A stretch of 56,049 nt of DNA, counting the filler, from Sphacelaria rigidula (Eukaryota): the NCBI GenBank assembly GCA_964200075.2. It is 4 parts of 4 records of this genome, joined end to end, with 100 filler letters (N's around TTAATTAATTAA, not from the genome) between each part and the next. Parts side by side here need not be neighbours in the genome. Positions count along the whole stretch, not along the records: positions 42,115 to 56,049 come from CAXNAA020002571.1; 3 more parts are not named here. One strand, written 5' to 3'. The stretch's first letter is position 1, and each line of letters opens with the position of its first letter. The notes under the pieces are model-generated. The model made no database searches. It had not been told where the DNA came from and worked only from the letters and a program-made list of their open reading frames with translations. This document shows positions 48,700 through 56,049 of this stretch, piece by piece. Both the position numbers and the translations under genes were made by a program.

Positions 48700-51490
48700 G
48701 AGGAAACAATGTGCTGGGGCTATGCCACTTTCAAAAGAGAGCTCAAGAGTCACAAGTTGATGGACCATGATGAGAATCGACATGATGGTATACAACGCAT
48801 TGAGCTGCTGTGAGAGACACGTAAGCGTACGTGGTTACCGTGAGAAGGAGTAGGCAAGCGTCAACAAGTGGCGCGAAACAAATTCATGTGTAACGACGAA
48901 CCTTCAGAAACAGATGTAGAAATGAGCGAACATGCACGCCATGTCACAAGCGGCACAATGCGGATCACGACACATACGCAAGGATATACCGTGAGTACTC
49001 AGTAGAGAGATGAGGTGACGCCTAGACTGAAAATGTCGGCAAGACAACGCGAAGCAAAAAGATATTTGTTGTACTCGGAACGTTTTGCAGTAGGTTATTC
49101 GCAGTGGATCATGAGGTATGGAGTTCTTCGTGCTGCCGCACAAGTGTGCGAATTGCAATGCCGTAACGCGGAATGGCAAAGATCGTAGGTCCCACTCATC
49201 ACTAGCTCTTTTGGGACCGGACTCCCACAAACATGCTATGTGCACGCAGGGGTCTTCTAGTGAATCGACATCATTTCGAGTCGTTTCCAAGAAAAAATGA
49301 TGCCAATTCACGAGTGCGTCCAAACATCACCGTTCTTGAAGTCCATTTCACCAAGGGTTGAGACCGTGCCACCAATCTCCGGTATCGTGCCGTTTCGTAC
49401 CACAGAATACGCATACCACGTCATGACGTACCGTAAATCACAAATGCCATACATAGCACACACGGTGAAAACACCCGCATCCTAGAGTAAACACACCATG
49501 GGACAACGGCGACCATCACAGCAGGTGTGGCTCAAAGGTGTAAATGACACGTCAAACTGCAGTTCGATTCCTGAAACAGTTTCCCTCATTTCCTCGATAG
49601 CTTTGTTGGTCAGGTTGCTTTCTCATTTCAGGGACTCTAGAAGACGTTGGACCAGTGACCGTTTCTCAACTGCTCCCAAGGAAACTACCTTCCCAAACCA
49701 TTTTGCATGTCTCTGGAGAATGTCTGGCGGCGTTTACCCCAGGACGAGGGCGCTCGCCCACCGCGATACTTGCTGGCATTGGTGTACGATACAGTGGCCA
49801 CTGCATTGCCTACTGTTGACCACGACTATGCACTGTCTGTACTGAGCTACCCCTTGCCTGCATGCACTGTACAGTGCTCGATCTGCACGGCTGTACTGGA
49901 TGTACCGCACGGCATCCTGCTGCCGGTTGTGCATGTATGCACACATGCATATTTTGTGCTGCCTGTAAGGCTGGAAAACGGTACTGGCTGTAGCACCCGG
50001 TTGGTGCACCGCACACTGCGCCATCAAAGTAAGTGGTATGCCCACAGCTGATTACATAATGCTTGGCGGGAGGCATATCTGATCAACTCTTGTTCCGACA
50101 GACTTGAAATTCTCCGAGAGGGGCCAAAACCTCTTGATCTTGAATAATTCCTGTTCCTGAGGCCGCTCCTTATGGTGGACAAAAAGACGAAATCCTGTAA
50201 AAATGCGTTTTTGGTCCTTCGTCGCTTCACGCCCTAAACGAGAGCTAGGCGGAGTTTGACATCTTGGAATGACTTGCTCACTCGTTGAGAAAGTTCCAGG
50301 ACATCTTCACGTTTTCCGGTGGCCGCAGTTCCCGTTTGGCCAATAAAGAATTTGTGTCGAGATGCGATCAAGTCCAGAACTGAATGTCATTTTTTTCTAC
50401 AACTAACCGTTCTTGACCGTCCTTTGACGGTGCAAGTTTGGCCAGAAACACTGCGGCCACCGGAAAACACGGAGATGTCCCAGAACCGTCTCAACGGGCA
50501 GAGCAGGTCATTCCTGGGTGTCAAACTCCGCCCATCTCCCTTTAGGGTGTGAAACGACGAAGGATGAGAGCATTTTCACAGGATTTTATTTTCCGTCGGC
50601 CACAAGGAGCGGCCTGAGACCAACTCTTATGGGACAAAATCCAAGAAGAGAAAATGGACGATTTTGACGCGGTGTATTCTGCCGCGTTCTTGAACGGAGA
50701 CAAAAACAACACTCTTGTGGCACAGCATTGGAGTTGCACAAATGAAGTTGACGTGACCGAGAAGTTGTGTACCTGTACCAACAGCACGCAGAGGAGACAC
50801 ATTGACTGTACATTCATCACGCGATTTTTCCAACTTCGTGCAGGCAGCACGTTGTTCTCATCCCAGTTCTGTACAGACCACAACCTAAGAGGCAGCACAG
50901 CAGTAGCTCAGGCAACATCCAGCTCAGAACACACCGTCCTTTGCAGCCACTACGCCAGCCAACACACCATGATAACGTCTTCGACAGTCTGTAGAGAGCA
51001 CTACGCGCTAAGTACAACTTTTGCACTGACTGGGACACAGCAGCAGTACAGTTCATGCAATCCCAAGCGAAGATCAAACCGTTTCCGCAGAGTTCAAACG
51101 CACAACACTACATTGTCAGCTACGGCACAGGGATGATGGCTATGGGCACAAAGCGCCTCATTAATCGGGGACGTCCCAATATTCGACACACATCATCGCA
51201 TGTTCACCTTTGACAGGACAGCATTGGGTGCTGACTATAGTTGTCTTGTACGGAGTGGAACAAAACAACAGGACAGCGGCTCGGGTTTTCCCGACGGAGA
51301 CCACACCATCTTCGCAAGGCCCAAATACATCACAGTACAGTGACAGCTGCAGGACGTGAGAGAGGGTGCGAATATGTTTGTGCTGCAGTATATATTCATC
51401 AATCCTTTTGGAACTCGCGAAAAACAGTACACACTCCCATATGCGAGCTTTCGTCACAGGGAAGACGTCACTTCGAGTTCGGTGCACGAA
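48700..51490 (-). pseudogene. Possible KDZ (Kyakuja/Dileera/Zisupton)-like transposase fossil with CxC clusters
   Basis: Colinear minus-strand fragments: DCMNC...ALYRL...C..RC (50817-51077), SCGHTTYFDGAVCG (~50050) and CDMAC (~48940, cf. YDxAC). Heavily degraded and interrupted by a MITE. Confidence 0.25.
50161..50614. mobile_element. PIF/Harbinger (Tourist-like) foldback MITE, 454 bp
   Basis: TGA|GGCCGCTCCTT ... AAGGAGCGGCC|TGA with a 3-bp TSD. Imperfect inverted arms of ~185 bp include AAATCCTGT.AAAATGC, GGCGGAGTTTGACA and GTTTTCCGGTGGCCGCAGT. Confidence 0.88.
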
Positions 51491-51681
51491 TATGTCACAT
51501 TACAGCGGTATACTTGTACTTAGTGTGGTGCACCGTTTCGGTGGGCTGCATCATCAACTGTTGCAGAAAAACAACCATGTCTCGCCCAAGGAAACGTCAA
51601 CCGTAAATCGTCACTTTTCCATCAACGATCCCAAAAGGGTTAAACATGGCACTCCTCATATTTTAGTTCTTGCCGCACTTC

Positions 51682-51760
51682 GAACGGGCCTCCAATTTCG
51701 GCCGGGCGTTCAAAATCCAGTGACAATGATGAACGCCCGGCCAAATTTGAGGCCTTGTTC
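51682..51760. repeat. Inverted repeat / hairpin
   Basis: GGCCGGGCGTTCA pairs with TGAACGCCCGGCC around a 17-nt loop. The stem extends imperfectly to ~30 bp. Confidence 0.8.
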
Positions 51761-52821
51761 CAAATTTGGGGGGGAGGTCACGTTTGTTGAAAATCGTGAC
51801 GATTTTGTCCCACATGAAGATGTTTTTACCGCCTTTCAAAACGTTTCGTACGTCATGATGAGTGTTATTTTTCATGATATCGAAGCGGTGTTTTTGGAAG
51901 GTTAGAATTGGAGACAAAGCGCACTTCGTGTCATACGATGCCGAAACTTGAAGGATATGTTGGTTGGTACCACAGGTATGTGCCAAAGTCAGAGATTCAG
52001 TTGCACAAGCATCTGAAGGTAAGTTTGGGTAAAAACGATGGAGACCAGCGTTGCGGTTATTTTCTTCCATTCAACACTTGCTGTCTGATGACAATTATAC
52101 GGGGTACGATATCAATCCGGCACGCAGAAAGCAACGAATCCTGCCAGCTATCATAAATTTCCTCCTCATTATGGATCAACGCTAAACGAAACACCGCTAA
52201 GAAGCACCCCTTGGGCTCTGACATGTATCCGAGTGTTGGAGGCTCAACGTTCCCCCTTCCAAGTCGCTCGACTGCTCTAGGTTAACTGTTAAACTGCGAA
52301 CCCCCCTCACACGAACTCGGATGGACTCAGATGTACTACACTACATCTGGGGTTCACAGCAGCTGTTTTGCACTACACAGAAAACCTTTCATGAACATGT
52401 GGATGTTGGACATCTTAACGGGCTGGTTTACAGTGAATACCCCACTAGATACAGAACGCAAAACTGACTCGATAGAAACATACTTGATATCATCGTGATC
52501 TCCACGAGCGAGCGAACAGTATGATATGGCCGGATTTCTTCTCGAATACCTTACTGCGGCGCCATTAGTGAAGATGTTTGTAGGGCAATCAGCGGCCTAC
52601 AAGTTGTTCCGATATTAAAGTTGAGACTTTCCGACTCAATTGGGCCTAATGTCATCACCAATCAAACCTTGGTGACCGCCATTAGTTAGGGAATCCAACG
52701 CGAAAAGCATATTTGAATTCGGTTTGTGTGGGATCGAGTTATACTCCAAAACATGATATTAGAGTTTCGGAAACACAAAACCGGCCGGAAAAACTTAGGG
52801 TCAGGGTTCTTAAGTTGGGAT

Positions 52822-55800
52822 TTAAGGCCAGGATATGACAAACTCTCCTACGTAAACCCCGAAAACTGAACCCTGAGAAGAGACATGCGCAGCAACTCAG
52901 GATTAATTTTCAAATTTTCAAATAAACACTGAGTTGCTAAACACCCCAAAGCGTTGGTGCCACACTCAGGGTTATCAAACGGGTCTAGACACCTTGCCAC
53001 ATAACGACCAAAGTTACAGAACACAGTCGTAGGACAAACATCGCAAGTGAGGCGATGGCGGATGCCGTAAACGCCCGCGACAGCGCTAGTGATGGCAGCT
53101 CGTTCACGAGGGTGACCCAAGACTACGAGGAACACTTGGAGGCGAACAAAGGAGTCGAAAAATCAGTCGACCTGGCTTATGATGCGAAAGGGCGGGAGTC
53201 GGCCGCTCAAGCAGCTGTTACGAGGACTTGACGAAATGGCCACCCAACGTGAAGCTTGCGTTAGCTCGTGCAGGTACACCACCGTTTGGTGGCTATTTTA
53301 TCGAGATCCTCGTAGCGGCTGCATAAGTGGCCCACTTCAGCCCTTCCACGTCATATTTAGCCGGGTCGACAGGTGTCTCTGTTCCCCCGTTCGCCTCCAC
53401 GCCGCTAGGATTACTGCGTATAGTGAAACATTATCGAGAACTACTGTACTTTCTCGAAGTATGCAAACGCGCACACACGGGCATGTGCACACTTTTACTA
53501 CAGACAGTAGTACTGAACAGAACACTTACTACAGCAAGTACACAAAACTGTCTACAGACAGAGCAACAGCAGTACTACAGAACACCTCTCAACTGTCTTA
53601 ACTCAATACAGGCTGATTTCGATTGAACGCACAAAATTTTGACCCCGGGAATTCCTCAAGCCGATTTTTCGAGTTAGACCACGAAATTTTGCACATATAT
53701 TCTGGAAGCCAGTATCTAAAATCCGAAGAGTTTTTTTCTTTTCCCCTGTCGAAATAGCCGGGATCTGACGCCCCCGTGGTCAAGTACTCCACTCGGGACC
53801 CCGAATAAACGGCAAGCAAGAAAAAAAAAACTCTTCGAGTGGTAGATACTGACGTCCAAAACATATGTGCAAAATTTTATGGTCTAACTCGAAGAAACGG
53901 CGTGAGGAAATTGCAAAACGTGCGCTGAAGGATAATAAAGTCCGTAATTACTTGATTCAAGTACAGAAGAGCCCTTTTGCGGGGTTGTTTCCACGGTAAA
54001 AGACCCAGCCGACTCAGTTTTTCGAGTTGAGCGACGAAAATTGGTACACATGTTCCTTGGGATACCACCTAACCCTAAGATGTCAAAATTTTGTTGTTGG
54101 GGTATTCTGTACCGCTTTCCTGGGGTCATTAAGCTGGGACCCCCGGAAGCCGGTAGAGATCGGAGAAACTTTGAAATCTTCCCAAGAATACGATTTTTCC
54201 ATTTGAAGCATCAATACCTACGGAACTGCCAAGGTTGAGAATGATCTGAGGTTTTCTCCAACAGATGAAAGTTAAATCGTCTCGAGGCTCCGTGGGTCTT
54301 TCGTACGTATCATGAGTGGAAATTAGACGACGCCAAAGCTCCATATCACCGAAACATTACGGTTTTGGGCACAATTCGACCCCGTTGGAACCGTTTCCAA
54401 ATCTGTTTCTCCCGTTAGATTCCCGAGCTGATGGCGGTTACTACGGTTTTAACCATGTGGAGATTCGGTCGAAATTGGGCTTGGAATTCGTGTTTTCAAT
54501 ATCGGAACAATGCGAAAGGCGCTGATTGTTCGAGACATATTTTCGTCGATAGCGCCACCGCTTCAACCTTAAACAAAAATCTGGCTATGTCACCCTTTTC
54601 GTCTGGTCATTGCGCTCAGTATGATACCACATTTGTGCATATTGGCTGGGTATTGCGTTCATCAGCCGGGGTCACAATTTTGTGCGTTCAATCTGAACCA
54701 GCCTGTAGTGCTGTACCACACACCGGCACGTGCAGGACTCGTAAATACCTAGCGTGCGCCAAGGTGCACTGCGTGTGCGCCCAACGCTGTGTACTGTGCC
54801 GGGTTCGTATCCGGAGGCTGTGTTGACGATACTGTGTGTGCGAGTTGTCGTCCCATCATTCCTGGGCAAAGGCTATGACATTATACATAGGTCGTGCACT
54901 CGCTGAGATATTCGTCCATCATTTCTTATACAGAGACGGTGCAGTTGGGACTGTTAGAACATGACAATCGCATGCGGCAAGCACCGCAGATCGCGCGCGT
55001 AGTTGCACACCACATCATCAGCTACCGCACCAGCACCATCGCACGGGAGAACTCGAGGAGTGCACAAGACTGTCGCTACAATGTGTGGAAGCAACTTAGC
55101 AAGTGGAAACTTCTCAATACACCCGGTGAGTGGCAAGAGCGTTGCCTCCAGCAGCATGGGTGTGCTCTACGCGCAGCAGCCCGCAGCCGCATACCCCTCG
55201 CGTGCAACCGGTATATTCGAGTTTCTTACAGTGGGCCGAACACACGGCGACCCCACGTGCTTTGTTATGTACTTGGCCGATGCTGTGCAAATGTTGGGGA
55301 CGATCGACCCGCGGTGCAGCGAGAACGGCGCGTATTATCTGCCTGAAACCCTGCGGGGTTTTGCTGCACGCTACAGGACCCTGCAAAACGGTGAAACGAA
55401 TTGCCCCGACACCTGATGCGCTGTCTCGTTGCACCGCATCTGTGTGCCGCCACACTGTCTGTACTGTTTGTTACACACTTCATCTCCCCGGCGCTATCTT
55501 TTCGCTAGTGTATACAAGTGTATAATATATACACGGTGTGCGGTTTGCGCTATACCTCGGGCAACGGCCCGAATCTGCAGTACAGTTGCACCGTATTGCA
55601 CTCTTGTACCGCATGTACAGGGCCAAGTTGGGGGCACGGGGAAGCAGGGAAGGAAGAGGAGGTGACCCCCTGCCCTCCTCCGACAGGAACTCGTATGATA
55701 TGTGGCTCACAACGACGCGTGTTACTTCAAGTATGACTGCTATATTAAAAAAGCATTAGCCAGAGGGGCACGGCGGAGGTATTGCAGCACATTTCATCCC

Positions 55801-56049
55801 GTCCCCGTTGTGTTTCTGTACAGCAACATCGGATGGTAGAAACCGAGAATTAAAATTGAATGAGGGCATGGTCTCAAGGGGGTGGAAATCCGGCGAATGA
55901 GAATCTTCGTGCCCGTACCACTGAGTGGATATATCATTGCATTTCCTGACATCCCGGTGGATGAATATGGCCACTACACGCTCTGGTGAGCCAACCACTC
56001 GGAGGCTTTATGGTTTTGTGTTGAACCAGTTCTACGGGTCAAAGTAGTA
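52822..56049. mobile_element. Possible Kolobok-like DNA transposon remnant (KolX/P2X7-ballast-like ORF plus a convergent transposase tail)
   Basis: TTAA|GG terminus-like site at 52822-52827. Plus-strand ORF 54894-55346 contains CRYNVWKQLSKW...RSRIPLACNRYIRVSY, with HCVCA upstream at ~54770. The convergent ORF 55756-55998 ends AAIPPP. Confidence 0.3.

Noticed and set aside
42115-56049. Continuation of the EF-hand gene, with the Gypsy fossil as an intronic insertion
   Set aside because: It is separated by an artificial spacer, and no further EF-repeat exon was found.

Overview
Eukaryotic, intron-rich and repeat-rich DNA. The gene families and repeat styles suggest a brown alga (Phaeophyceae, stramenopile); this is inferred, not proven. 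The window is not one locus. It is four contigs (1-13941, 14042-27979, 28080-42014, 42115-56049; lengths 13941/13938/13935/13935 nt, apparently size-sorted) joined by artificial 100-nt N44-TTAATTAATTAA-N44 spacers. Contig 1 holds the 3' part of a spliced Cys-rich-ectodomain multi-pass membrane protein gene, a CACTA-like non-autonomous transposon with internal hairpins, and an LTR element with near-identical LTRs whose non-coding interior carries a fossil CACTA-like transposase and a 40/41-bp higher-order minisatellite. Contig 2 holds a spliced gene fusing two different 2OG-Fe(II) dioxygenase domains (IPNS/DIOX-like plus prolyl-4-hydroxylase-like). Its minus strand carries PHD-finger exons that are phase-compatible with the C-terminal half of an FKBP, plus MITEs. 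Contig 3 holds a 3'-truncated 11-exon gene for a tandem EF-hand-repeat protein, a hAT MITE and a hAT-like fossil. Contig 4 is a transposon graveyard: a chromodomain-bearing Ty3/Gypsy integrase, an RTE-like LINE, KDZ-like and Kolobok-like remnants, and a Harbinger foldback MITE. No rRNA, tRNA or CRISPR array was found. Exon models come from manual GT/AG and phase matching. Family calls come from recalled motifs, with no database search.
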